From Octopus sinensis (taxonomy: Eukaryota): a stretch of DNA of 64,000 nucleotides. Shown one piece after another: positions 13,034 to 26,278 of the stretch (the first letter of the stretch is position 1; the number at the start of each line of letters is the position of its first letter). The notes under the pieces were generated by a model that saw nothing but the letters and a program-made list of their open reading frames with translations, did not search any database and was not told the origin of the DNA. The stretch covers positions 71,114,001 to 71,178,000 of the forward strand of contig NC_042998.1 of the NCBI RefSeq assembly GCF_006345805.1. Direction: 5' to 3'. Position numbers and translations under genes: made by a program.

Positions 13034-13619
13034 CCTTATAAAGGACAAAGATAATACCGCAGCAGAAATAGTGTAGGCTCTCTAGCAAGAGATAATCTTC
13101 CCAGAAACTGCCAGCATTTATTTGAGCAAATTCTATTTCTGCTCTCAGTTTTGAGGCTCTTAAGGAAACAACTTATTGTTAATAAAGTTGTTGTAATGTA
13201 TATTAACTCCTTCCACCATTTACTTTGGCCAACATTATCATGTTTCTTTTACGAATAGTCCCTAACCAGTCCTTTGGAATCTAGTTTATACCTAAATCAT
13301 GCCTGCAAAGTCCAATGATTTTTTATGTTCCTGCTCTACATTATTGCTGTACCTTCTTTGGAATAGCAATCACATGTCTTTCTGAAGAAGCATACAATCG
13401 TCGTATAGCACAAACAAATATAAGACAAGAAGGTTTATTACGATAATGTTGTCAAATGCCCGAAGGGAACATCCGTATAGTCATAGTTGGAATGCTTTAC
13501 ATTATAGATATAGTTGATCAGAAACCATAATAATTAGCTCAAATTCGATACGATGAAAGAATGTAAACACATCTCAAACCACATCAAGGTATCACTACAG
13601 ATTTTATATGTGTATACGT

Positions 13620-13758
13620 GTGAAGCACAGACACACACACACATATACACGCGCGGTAATACACATATGTTTGTATGTATATATACATATATATATAGAC
13701 GTGTCTCTGTGTGTTATGTGTATGTATATATACATATATATACGTGTGTATGTGTATT

Positions 13759-13836
<78 letters not shown>

Positions 13837-13845
13837 TATATATAA
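13620..13845. repeat. Compound (CA)/(TA)/(TG) microsatellite
   Basis: Seen directly in the sequence. Confidence 0.9.
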
Positions 13846-15284
13846 TACGTGTAATCCTGTGCCCCTATATGTCTATACTCACCAGACAACGTGACATTTG
13901 ACATCTCATTAACAATACATTGCGGCTTAAACCAAGGAATCTGTATCGAACTATATTTGTCTCTGCCTTCTGAAGATCTTTCTTAATTATCCACAGACCG
14001 ACTACTTACTCGTATGCGGTCTACCTCGTATTGTTTCCGCTGTATTAATATCATTACGGAAATTAACTTACATCTCACTAAATTTCGACAATTTGGCTCC
14101 TGATCCTATTCGTAAACCATTTATTGTTTTAGCTTTAATATTTCCGTTTTAAATAAACACATTGATATACTCTAGAGGATATTTCACAGAATCATTAATT
14201 CTGATAATTTATCCATTCCGTGTCTCTTGCTTTTATGAAAAGGATTAGAGTAAATTGTATTTGAAAATAAGTTCATGGCCCGTCTTCACTTTTTATAGAA
14301 ACAATCACCATAATAGCAACAAGAACAAAGATATCGGCTACATTTTATTACATCCTACACTTTTTTGCAGTATTTTGACTTTCTTTACTTCCTCTTCTAT
14401 ATAATTTTCTCTCTCCTTTTTCATACTATTTTTTTTTTGTTAGCAAATATTTATTCTAAATTTTACAATTTATTTTGTTATTTTTACATTTGTAACTTAA
14501 TTCAAATCCTCTTCTCTGCAAATTTATATCCGTGAACCAGAGACAGTGAATCTATCGACCATTTTTGGCATTCTGCGTGATTTTGATTAAATTTAAAATT
14601 GATGCGTGATGTAAATACACAACAACCAACACGACTTGGTTGTTGGAGATCTGCTGGTACGCATATAGATTTTCTTTTTGCTAAATACTCTCTATTCATA
14701 TAATCTGTTTTTCCTTCACTACTTTACATTTTATTAATGTTCTTTATTTTTACTTTCGTTTCAGCACATAATTCGCTAAAATCTTGTATAACGGCTGAAT
14801 AGAATCAAGTTGTAAATGAAAGAACGCCCACTTGGCTGGTTTTCTGAGATAATGCTGTGTAGTGGACAACCAACCAAGATAGTTTTCAATGTTTCATTAT
14901 TTACATATTTAATTATATATCCTAAAATTCTGAAGGCTACAAAAGAATACAAAAATAGTTGAATTGTGGGAAAATGTTGTAAAGTCTCGTTAAATTGCAA
15001 ATATTGGGTCTGTATCGGTTTATCGAACGAATAGTGCACCACATCACACAGTATTTCTCCACCACACCGCAGAACATCGCCACCAACTACTGCCCCAGAA
15101 CACAACGATGGTTTTTGGGAAGAGCTTAACTAGTTTACTTAAACATTGAGATGTTGATAATAATGCTGATGATAAAGTTGAATAGAAGAGGAGAGACGAG
15201 GCGAATGAACTAATGAATGTAAAGTTGATTCTACTTACTACTCACAACGACCATCATAATTTTCCTCATCATTATTACCACCGC

Positions 15285-15378
15285 AGTGATGATGACGATG
15301 ACAACGACGATGATGATATTAGGATGATGATGGTGATGATGATGGCGATGACGACGATGATGAGGAGTATCATGATGC
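15285..15378. repeat. Imperfect (GAT/GAC)n trinucleotide repeat
   Basis: gatgatgacgatgacaacgacgatgatgat... It gives the poly-D/M stretch in ORF 15213-15515. Confidence 0.85.
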
Positions 15379-18128
15379 TAATCATTATCATACCCTTCAA
15401 CAACCTTATCAGCATCCACCTCAATGTCAGCAGCATTCTTGTGCTGAATCTAAATTTCACCCATACCATTATTAGTCTGCTTACCTTTGTTGAGTCAATT
15501 AATTATCAAACTTAGCAAAACGTCGTTATTGGGTTGAGTTCTTTTGGATTTGATTCCAGTCCATATTGCTAATAGACATCTTGACTATAATTCACTTCAA
15601 ATCGAAAAATAAGTACCAGACATATACAGTAGTTAATGAACTCTAGCGACATTTTCAGCCTGGTGCCGAACATAGAAAATCAAGAAAGCATGATTACTGT
15701 CATTTTGACCATGTATTCCGCAATTTTATGTAAATTTCAGCTGCATTACAATGGGTATCTCCGAGGCCCAGAGGAGTGCACGGCGTTACTTTGTGAGATA
15801 TGTTGAATAGTATTTGTATGTTGTATCATTTATATATTGTTATTCTAGCTGCTAATTTAATTTTTCAGCTATTTCTTATTGCAGAACATGTGCCGTGAGT
15901 ATCGTGTTGTTAGTAGTTGTTTGTAGTTCGATGATATGATATGCAAGTTGTTTCTCGAGATCCTTTCGTCAGGGTTTGGTCAGAAAAAAATTAAGGTACG
16001 TATTTGTCATTAGCCTGTTCGTTCATCAGTACAGGCATACGTCAAATAATTAGATAAACAGATAGAAAATAGACAGAAACACACACACACACATTGACAG
16101 TAAATCATAAATCCAAAAGAGAAGCACACTCTAAGTTATAGAGTAATAGAGTAATTAGACATTGGTAGTTATGGCTGGTCCATCGGGTTACTCTGAGTTT
16201 CACGTCGATAAAGTGCTTAGCTTTACAGCGTTTCTTTAGACCCTATAATCAACGTTGGAGGGACAGTGAGGCGTTTTATAATTATTTTGGGAGAGAAATA
16301 GAAAGAAAGCAATCTTTAGAGGAGGACGTATACTAGGTATACAAGAAAAAGAGGGAAAAGTACTGTTAGAAATGGAGAAAGCAAGTAGAAAATAAAGATG
16401 GGAAAAAGGAAAAAAAGAGACATAAGTATGTAAAGAAAGGAAAATAGATGAATTTCTACACCTAAGGCAGAGATGAATAAACTTCAATGTATATAATATA
16501 TACATAATAAAAATATAAGGTACTTCGATAGAGGTAATTCGAAGGACTGTTTTGGTAAAATAGTAGCACATTTGTCATGTCCATAGATTATATGAGTTCC
16601 AGTCCCACAGGCAGCTTTCGACTTCTTTGATCCCAATATTCCAAATGCTCTTGATTCCACATACTCTTCTAGTTCTATAGTTTCACCGAGTTATATTTAT
16701 CTGCATTAATATAAGCATACTTGTTTATACATGCATTATTTAATTTGTGTGGAGAATGCCCATGTTTACTTGTGCACCTGTATTCATTCACGTGTACGTC
16801 CACACGCACACAGCGCATACATTTACATAGGAATACATACGCACATGCATAAATATAATAACATACATACGCACAAACCTAGAATTATCTGAGGGCATTA
16901 GCACTTGCCTTCCAATTGATAAACTCAGTTTATTAATTTCATAAACGTTCTAAAATTTCATAACGCGTTATGCGTTTGTATTAGATAGGAGTGATGTGCA
17001 CAGACTTGGCTTCCAGCATGTCTACCTGAAAGCATTGATATACGGTTGCTATGTGCATGGCAGAATGAGAGAAGTAAACAGAATATAGAATAATGATTAG
17101 GTTAAGGTTATTCAGCTTGCTTTAGTGGTACGATCAAATTCGGGTGATGCTTGAACTTCCACATATACACGTGTGCGTATGTGTGTGTGTATGTGTGTAT
17201 GTATGTTTGTGTGTTTGTGTGTGCGTTTGTGTTTATAGATCGATAACAGACACATACCTATACATACCTATACACACACACACTCACACAAACACACACA
17301 TGCGCAGACGCACGCACGCATACACACACACACATACCATTATTAATTTTCTAGAAAATCCTTCTGCTTTGTGGATGCAACGAACAGAGAGAGATGAGAA
17401 GTCTCTTTTTTAATTACACCAAAATTATTCTGTCTAGTATCTATGTTGTAACAGCTTCGACTTTAAAGCCTCCACAATTACACTATTTATCCAAACGTCT
17501 AAACAAAATCATACCATAAAGATGTTTAGATACATTTATTCCTAGAGTTCCAGATTAATCGTCTGAATTAAATTATCATTTGTATAAATTAAACTCCAAC
17601 TCAATCACTGAAGAAATAACGTAGAATAAAGATAGAAAATATGTATCGCAGGACACACACACACACAAACGCACACACACACATACACACACTCACACAC
17701 GCACGCACACATACACGCGAACACACATACATGCATGTGATGGAGTGTTGTGATGGATAAAACAAAATAGCATAATATATATCATAATCGTGTTGCACCG
17801 TTTTTTCTTTTGTTGTTAAAATTATGTTAACATCTGCTGAACAAAGCGGATATCCATTTATATAGGCCATACATTACATTATACAACTAACCTGCAGTTT
17901 TTTAGTCAGCATTTTACGTTACGACGAATGTAAATATTACATGCTGTATATACTTCAGTTCTGCATGGAGATTCGCGAACAGTTGTACATGTTCCCTAAC
18001 TAATCGCGAAACCACTTATAAACCCCATGACAGTTAAGTGGCTAAAGGAAATTTTATTTGTAGCACGAGGGTTTAATGAAGTACTTGTGGAATAGCAGCG
18101 TTTTGTTTAATTGCTATGTAAAGTGCTA

Positions 18129-19726
18129 CAGTTGCTGCCAAAATGTTCAGAACGGCATTGTTTTCGTCAGAAAAGTAGGTATAATTTTTTATCAAATTTG
18201 TTTTATATTCTATAATTTTCACAGACAATAAATACAATATTATTTGTTATTGTCTGAGATTTAGTGATTTAGTGATTTACTGCAAAACCCATGGCGGCCA
18301 AAATGATCAGAACGGTTGCTTTTACTCCGTGTTTTAGTATATTGAACCGGCGAACTCTAATGTTTTGAATTTGTTTACTTGACGGTTCTTTTACTAAACA
18401 TTAGTAAGAATATCTGCAGTGTACTTTGTTTATATAATGCCACTTACTCCGTTACCAATTCGTCAACAGATTATTAAGCTTCGAAAGAAGGATAATTTAA
18501 GTATTGGGTCAATTGCAAAGATTGTTAACAAGTCAAAAAGTGTTGTTCATGGTATTCTTAAGGTCTACGATGATTATGGTTCGTGTGAAGCAAGAAAGTC
18601 TACAGGTAGGCCAAGAAAAACGACCAAGAGAGAAGATTGTGCTATGGTAAAGTTGGTTAAAAAGGACAGATTTAAAACTGCTGCTGTTGTTTCTCGGGAA
18701 ATGAGCATTGTACTGAAGAAAACTTTATCTCGAAAAACTGTGTCTCGTCGTTTAATTGAACATGACCTACAAGCAAGAGCACCTGCAGTGAAACCACTGA
18801 TTAGCTCCAAGAATAAAAAGAGTCGTCTTACCTTTGCAACCGAACATGTGTTGTGGTCTCAAGAAAAATGGCAAACGGTGCATTTCAGTGATGAATCTAA
18901 GTTTATGTTATTTGGCTCAGATGGGAAAAGGTACGTTCGTCGAAAAGTATGTGAAAAATTGTCGACTAAATACCTTAAGACTAGTGTTAAATTCGGTGGA
19001 GGAAGTGTTATGGTTTGGGGGATGATATCTTAAGATGGTATGGGCCCTTTGGTGCGATTACATGGAAATTAAAATGCAGGAGTTTATAAACAACTTGTAA
19101 AAGATCATGTCTTGCCTGTGCTGAGAAATTCAACTAAGCGACCACCCATATTCATGCAGGACAATGCCCCATGTCACAAGGCTAAATTGGTCATGAACTT
19201 CCTCAAGGCTGAAAAGGTTATTGTTATGGATTGGCCTGCTCAAAGCCCAGATCTCAATCCTATTGAAAATGTGTGGAATATTCTAGGAGAACTTTCGAAA
19301 GCCAGAAATCCTAAAACAACCGAGTAATTATGGTATGCCCATCAGGAAGAAAATTGAATAAGATCACCCAGCAAGAAATTGAAAATTTAGTTTCCTCATG
19401 CAGTCGAAGATGTCAAAGTGTGATTGAAGCTAAAGGGCTTCACGCTAAATATTAAATAATTCCAGTATTCTCTGTCATTTTTGATTATTTTGTTATTTTT
19501 TCAACCGTTCTGATCATTTTGGCCGGCATGGGTTTTGCAGTAAATCACTAAATCATCCATAACTTTTGTATTGTCCTCTCAAATTCCACCAGAATCTAAG
19601 ACAATAACAAATAATATTGTATTTATTGTCTGTGAAAATTATAGAATATAAAAAAAACTTTGACAAAAAATTGTACCTACTTTTCTGACGAAAACAATGC
19701 CGTTCTTAACATTTTGGCCGCAACTG
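18129..19726 (+). mobile_element. Tc1-family (DD34E) DNA transposon, full length (~1.6 kb), IR/DR-type long TIRs, TA TSD
   Basis: TA|CAGTTGCTGCCAAAATGTTCAGAACGG ... CCGTTCTTAACATTTTGGCCGCAACTG|TA. TIRs run ~18129-18317 and ~19502-19726, each with outer and inner copies of CCAAAATG(T/A)TCAGAACGG. Confidence 0.95.
18437..19455 (+). pseudogene. Tc1 transposase, disrupted by stops and frameshifts
   Basis: HTH region with 'GRPRKTT', then 'VHFSDESKF', 'FGGGSVMVWG', and 'FMQDNAPCH...WPAQSPDLNPIENVW' (34 residues between D and E). Stop at 19031-19033, a frameshift before 19112, ending GLHAKY*. Confidence 0.92.
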
Positions 19727-19747
19727 TATATAAAATATCTATATACT

Positions 19748-19980
19748 TATTTCTTTATTACCCACAACCGGCTAAACATAGAGGGGACAAACACAGACAG
19801 ACATAGGTATTAAGTCGATTATATTGTCCCCAGTGCGTAACTGGTACTTAATTTATCGATCCCCGAAAGGATGAAAGGCAAAGTAGACCTCGGCGGAATT
19901 TGAACTAACAATGTAACGACAGACGAAATACGGCTACGCATTTCGCCCGGCGTGCTAACGATTCTGCCAGCTCACCGCCA
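19748..19980 (-). mobile_element. tRNA-derived SINE family A (central GCCTTTCATCCTTTCGGGGTCGATAAATTAAGTACCAG domain, LINE-like tail)
   Basis: Matches the copies at 20009-20460 (+) and 35330-35562 (-). Confidence 0.85.
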
Positions 19981-20008
19981 TATCTATATACCATTAGTCA
20001 GCACAGTG

Positions 20009-20616
20009 AAGGTGGCGAGCTGGGAGAAACGTTACCACGCCGGGCAAAATTCTTAGCGGTATTTTGTCTGTCTTTACGTTATATGTTCAAATTCTACCTT
20101 GGTCCACTTTGCCTTTCATCATTTCGAGGTCGATAAATTAAGTACCAGTTACGCACTGGGGTCGATGTAATCGACTTAAACCCGTTGTCTGTCTTTGTTT
20201 CTTCCCTCTATGTTTAGCCCCCTGTGGGCAATAAAGAAGTAAGAAACATTAGCTCGCCGGGCGAAATGCTTAGCGTTATTTCGTCTGCCGCTGCGTTCTG
20301 AGTTCAAATTCCGCCGAGGTCGACTTTGCCTTTCATCCTTTCGGGATCGATTAAAATAAGTACCAGTTACACACTGGAGTCGATGTAATCGACTTAATCC
20401 GTTCGTCTGTCCTTGTTTGTCGCCTCTGTGTTTAGCCCTTTGTGGATAGTAAAGAAATAGGTATTTCGTCTGTGTTTACATTCTAAGTTCAAATTCCGCT
20501 GTGGTCGATTTTGCCTTTCGGCTTTGATAAATTAAGTACCAGTTGCTTATAGGGGTCGATGTAATCAACTGGCCCCCTCCCTCAAAATTTTTGGCCTTGT
20601 GCCTAGAGTAGAAAAG
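20009..20616 (+). mobile_element. Composite of three family-A SINE modules (20009-20240, ~20248-20460, 20461-20616 with an alternative tail)
   Basis: The central domain occurs three times. The 12-bp repeat ATTAGTCAGCAC flanks the composite at 19993-20004 and 20617-20628. Confidence 0.85.
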
Positions 20617-20759
20617 ATTAGTCAGCACGGACTGTTACGACAGATGTTACGACGTTGGAAATGCAATGAATTCACAGTTACTGACGGAACTACAGGCATG
20701 CTTGAAATGCACATATGCAGCTATTCTTTTTTCTGATCTCACATGCATGCTTCTATGAG

Positions 20760-20902
20760 GGCGAGGTTGTGTGTGAAGAAGCTTGTTTCTCAGCCACATA
20801 ATTCGGGGTTCAGTCCCACTGCGCGGCACCTTGGGCAAGTGTTTCCTCTTGCCGGCTAAAGCTTTGTGATTTGGTAGACGGAAATTGAAAGAAGCTCGTC
20901 GT
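20760..20902 (+). mobile_element. SINE family B, 5' half (tRNA-like head)
   Basis: 'ggggttcagtcccactgcgcggcaccttgggcaagtg...ttggtagacggaaattgaaagaagctcgtcg', homologous to 51081-51240 and to the reverse complement of 45245-45424. Confidence 0.85.
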
Positions 20903-21396
20903 GTCGAGGATATTTTCCATTTCTTTGCGCTACCTCACTATGTCTGTCTTGATAGCCGAAACGGGTTTTTTCTGTTTGTATTGTATTGTTTTAATGCTGT
21001 GTACGTATAATTATTTCTTTTGCTTATTGTATAGCCGTAAAACATTTTCTTTTGTGTATGTATCTTTCCTTGTCTGTTATATCTTTTCATTATTTGTTAG
21101 TAGCGGACCAGGTATTGCTAATAATGACGGCTAATTGTAGCATTTTAAATATAAATAAAGTACAAAATAAGGTATATAATAATCACACATACAAACACTC
21201 ACGTACTCCCCTTGTACACGCGCACACATATACACACATGCTCACACAAAGTTGAAACGCTGATGTTTTCACCGCTTCCTTCCTTTTTCATCTATCACGC
21301 CTTCCTTTCTGGCATTGCGATTATTTTCCTACACTCCCTCTTAGTCAGGGCTATTATTCTCACTACTTCTCCTTTACTGAATTATGGCGTGATTCT

Positions 21397-21399
<3 letters not shown>

Positions 21400-21466
<67 letters not shown>

Positions 21467-21662
21467 AAACACTACACTCATTATTATATTAGGAGATTGT
21501 ACACGCAGTGTTATTTTGTCCTGTCCTCGCACATATTTGTCCTGCAACTCCATGCTCTGGTGGTCCCGTTAAACAGCACTGGTCTTGCTTTTAAATAGCG
21601 TGAAACCACTAAGACGTCTTGGAAACCAACTTTCTCAGTCAGCTGCAAATGTTCCTTGTATG

Positions 21663-21702
<40 letters not shown>

Positions 21703-21773
21703 TATGTATGTATATATTATGTATGTATATATTTATGTATGTATGTATATATATATATGTATATATATATGTA

Positions 21774-21823
<50 letters not shown>

Positions 21824-21945
21824 ATATTTATGTATGTATGTATATATATATGTATGTATATTATATATGTATGTATTATATATATATGTATGTATGTATG
21901 TATATATATATATGTATATATATATCTATGTATATATATATATAG
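21400..21945. repeat. (TA)n and (TATG)n microsatellites
   Basis: Tracts at 21400-21462 and 21665-21945. Confidence 0.95.
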
Positions 21946-22085
21946 TTAATCCAAACAAGAAAACAAAAAAGACAACAACGCGAGGATGTGGAACAATTAA
22001 AGTATTATTGGGCGCTCAGGAAAAAAGGGAAGAAGGAGGGTATGACGTTTCGAGCGGAGCTCTTCGTCGGAAACATAGGAGAAAG
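21946..22085 (-). mobile_element. Short repeat with a hammerhead-like motif (probable Penelope-type terminal-repeat derivative)
   Basis: The minus strand reads CCGACGA-A-GAGC-TCC-GCTC-GAAACGTC. Its tail is homologous to 25219-25320 (+), and it shares architecture with 41033-41186. Confidence 0.6.
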
Positions 22086-23780
22086 AAAGATCCCGAGGTG
22101 GGTCGTTCTTCACTCGTTTATTACTGTTCTCATTCTATATCATGTCCAATGTCCAGAAATCTTCCGTCACACACACACATCTGTGATCTCCTCAGCAACA
22201 TTTACCGTCATCTCGTATGCTCTTGCTCTACTTATTCCATTGAATGGAATAAGCAGAACAAGAGTACACATGGAGACGGGAAGTATCACTCAGGATCTCG
22301 CAGATATGTGAGGAAAGATTTCCGGGCAATGAGCATGAGTTAGAATGAGAACAGTAATAGGATCTAGTTAGTTTCATTCACAAATTGAGCCCCCTTCAAT
22401 TTTGCTCTGATTGCTTTAAATTGTGGTGTATCGATGCTACTCTGAATCTTGATTACGATCAATTACTTTAGCTCGTAAATTAAAGAATCGGATGTTATTT
22501 GGAATTAAATTTGGGAAATTTGGCTAATTTTAGCCAATCAACAGACAGCGAGGCATTAATATTTTGTTACCACGATAACCACATGCTGTGTTGTATTTCA
22601 ATTCACCCGTGTCTGTGCCGCACGTTGTTCTGTGTTGATTCTTCACACCACAATATATTTTTCACCCGCGTAATTTCTGTGTGTTAGTATATTACATATT
22701 TTTCTGTGTTTTTTTTTACATATTTTTCATTTCACATATTTTTCATATATTTTTACTGTGTTGGTTCTTAACGCCACAAGATTCATTTCACTCGCGTGTT
22801 TTTAAAAAAAAATTTTCTATGTATTAGTATATTACATATTTTCGACCAGCGTTATTCTTATCCTAGTTTACAAATGCAAGCAAGAAAACTTTACTCAACT
22901 TTGGAGTTTTAGAGACTGATGCCCCCTTTCACATACACACACATATGCACTTATATATACATGACAGGTATACATAATACTGAAATACGCATAAAGTAAA
23001 GACATGCATAAATATATTCATATAACAAATTTTTAAAAATAATAAAAACACACCATCAATGAAGAGACATACAAAACAGTAAGATGATTCTTTATTTTAT
23101 TTGGCATTTCTCTTTATTTAGACACCTACAATGAAATTAGGTATTTTTGTTTATTTAGAAACCTTCAATGAACAAGTCATTTCACAGACGCTAAACTATA
23201 AATTTCACAGGGTGCAACATTAAAGTTGACACCACTCCGCTAAACACAGAAAATTTCTGTCTCGCTATTAGCTAATAATACACATTTTTTCCGGATTTTA
23301 AGCCTCTGTAAATTTTACCTCCGTTTTTTTGTCCACAACATCATACCTTCATAACAACAAGAATGGAAATTTACATAATTATAGTCGATTTTTTAGATTT
23401 TTTAAATTCCTTTTAAAAAATTCAGATTTTGTGAATCAGTTTAACTAGGTCGCAGTAATAAACGAGTGAAGAACATAGTGCTTCTGTTCATTTGGCAAAA
23501 ACACAAAAAAGAGTGATCATCCCGAAATACAACAATATCTGTCTCAACACACGGCTTCACATTAGGAATCTTGCAACACGAATTCATAAACACACACACA
23601 CACACACACACACACATATGTATAATATATATATATATATATATATATAAGGTACAAGCAATTAAGATTCTAGTGAGTTCTGTTGAATTCACATGAATAT
23701 GGCGCTTAACTTGGATGCACCAGAAATCTATATGGTGTTAACCATACGACAAAGTGGGGTGATTATAAATAGGAAAAATT

Positions 23781-24903
23781 GATAACAAATTGATTTCTAA
23801 AAGTTCTTTTAGTATTGCACAGTCATATATGAGGTTTTTTAAAAAAAAATTTCAAAACCTCTTAGTTTTCCAGAAAGTGAAGATGAAAGTGAGGGTGTGA
23901 GTTTATCCATATTGAAGAAAGTTTGATTCCTGGAGATATGATGAGAGGTGTCGTACTCACAGAATATGTGTTTGTCCATATATAGTTCATAGTAAAGTGT
24001 GATTCAAACTGCGTGAAGATATTTTGGATACATTTGTGCGAAATTTCTGAAAACTGCTACGTTAGAATCCGAGGAAGTTGTAGGAGGGTCAGTGAAGCGT
24101 AGCGACAGTCTTATAGTGGAGACGACCCGACTGATATAGAAATCTGCAAGAACCACAGAGCTTAAAGGAGGAATGTTAAATTTGACAACCTACTGTTGCT
24201 AATTGCTATATAAAGAGGAAATGGGAAGGTGAAACCAGGTGGGGGTCAAAGGTTGGTTCTGTAGGAAAACATCTTAGCGTATTTAGTGCAATATTCGAAC
24301 GAAGGTTATTTAATTTATTTCTTTATTTATTAATGTTACTATTAATACATTGCCAGGTTATGGGGATACAATAAGCGGTCAGAAGAAATGAAATAGAGTT
24401 ATTTTTCATAATGGAACCGTTATATTATAGGTATGGGATTAGAAAAATTTATTAGTAGTATAAAAGAATTAAGAAGTTTAATTAACTAATTTTCCATAAG
24501 TAGGTTTACTTAAAATAGACTAAAAATTAGAAAGAAATAATTTGAGTTATCTACATAGTCTAATAGAATGAAGTTTCAAATCAATTAATTTATATCTATA
24601 AGTATCACCTAGTATAGTTAGAGAGAGAATATAATCATAGCCAATTAGATCGTAGCTGTCTAATTAAATATATAATATATAATATGTAAGAGTAATGTTT
24701 TATTCAAAGTGATTTTTTATATATACTGTTATCATTTAAAATATCTAAGAGTCTTAATCCTAACGTGGATACAAGAATTGCCCGGTTCTATCCGGCTGTT
24801 CAATAAAATATAATTTTTTCTATACATTAGTGTTTCAAATGTTTAAAAACCTGATATATGACTGTGCAATACTAAAAGAAGTTTTAGAAATCAATTTGTT
24901 ATC
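23781..24903. repeat. ~62-bp inverted repeats (23781-23842 / 24842-24903) enclosing ~1 kb
   Basis: gataacaaattgatttctaaaagttcttttagtattgcacagtcatatatgagg vs the reverse complement of cctgatatatgactgtgcaatactaaaagaagttttagaaatcaatttgttatc. Confidence 0.85.
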
Positions 24904-25102
24904 TAAATCTCATTTTTATAGAACTTTCCATGATGTTTCACGAGTGTAACACCACCCCCTTTGATGTTTGGGGATCTTAGATGTTTTTTCGGCTGATGAG
25001 TACGAGTCACCTATATTTACTGCAATTAGTGTAGCCTTATTAAATATGTCTTCGTACGAAACAATTGTACCGATATATTGATCCATTCTTGTTGCTTTTT
25101 TT

Positions 25103-25182
<80 letters not shown>

Positions 25183-25218
25183 GCATATATGCATACGTAT
25201 ATATACATACATATATAC

Positions 25219-25320
25219 AAAACCTCCTTCTTCCCTTCTTTCCTGAGCGTCCAATAATACTTTATTTGTTCCACGTCCTCGCGTTGCTGTGTTTTTTTGT
25301 GTTTTCTTGTTTGGATTAAC
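25219..25320 (+). mobile_element. Tail-only copy of the 21946-22085 repeat, inside a (TA)/(CA) microsatellite
   Basis: Near-identical to the reverse complement of 21946-22042. Confidence 0.8.
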
Positions 25321-25339
25321 TTTATATACATACATACAT

Positions 25340-25423
<84 letters not shown>

Positions 25424-26089
25424 TGTGTGTGTGTGTGCATATGTGGGCACAGAACGCCACGAAACGTATACAACAAAAACATGAAGCACGAGTACATGGA
25501 GCATGAACTATTCCTTCGAACAACGAAAGAAACAAACATAAAGAACGACGCTTCAGCAGTTGGCTGTTTTTCAAGTCTCGAATTTCGAGCATGTAACAAC
25601 TTCCGCTCGCTACGAAACATATGTAACCCGGATCATATCTACTCTTGTATTCTAATTCGCACACCCAGCAAACCTCGTTGCCTACCGTGGAATATAGAAA
25701 GTACTTCGATACGAAAAAAATCCACAACATCCTGTCTCAATAAAAAAAACTACTGTCCCTGAAAGCTGTTTTATATTTACTACCGATTGCTTGAAGCTAA
25801 CTCCCTTCCTACACCTCAATCCCTGGATCTTACATTTAAATATATATAATGTCATTTTAAAAGTATTTGCTCTTATATATAATATGATTGTAATAATCTT
25901 ACTGTTCAATATTATATATTATATATTAGTAAAATTTTAGATTAGTATTTTGTATGTTATATGTCTCACAGCATAGTTTTTGACGGGTTCTTCATTTACT
26001 GAGTTCTGGAATGGTGATTCGTTTCTAAATTAGGTTTATACATATATTATATAATATATATTGCGAAATTCGGTCTAATATCACTATAC

Positions 26090-26278
26090 TGAATTTTTGG
26101 CATATATAAGGGAAGTAACTCTCTAAAAATGTATTATTAAATCTCAGAACGTAAAAAGCTACAGTAACACCCGCCTTTGTGGTTAGCCGTATTGAGATGG
26201 CTATTATACTTTACATCTCTAAAAATGCTTATATAGTTATTTCCCTTACAACCCGAGCAACGCCGGGCGATACTGCTA

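Noticed and set aside
14500-15110. Minus-strand ORFs 14502-14699 and 14776-15105 as possible host exons
   Set aside because: No recognisable domain, no convincing splice pattern, and lengths are compatible with chance.
22080-22345. Possible GIY-YIG remnant next to the hammerhead mini-element
   Set aside because: The motif match is weak and lies on the opposite strand to the ribozyme.
25585-25625. CGAGC..GCTCG hairpin followed by GAAACATATGTA
   Set aside because: A palindromic stem III is present, but there is no CUGANGA upstream.
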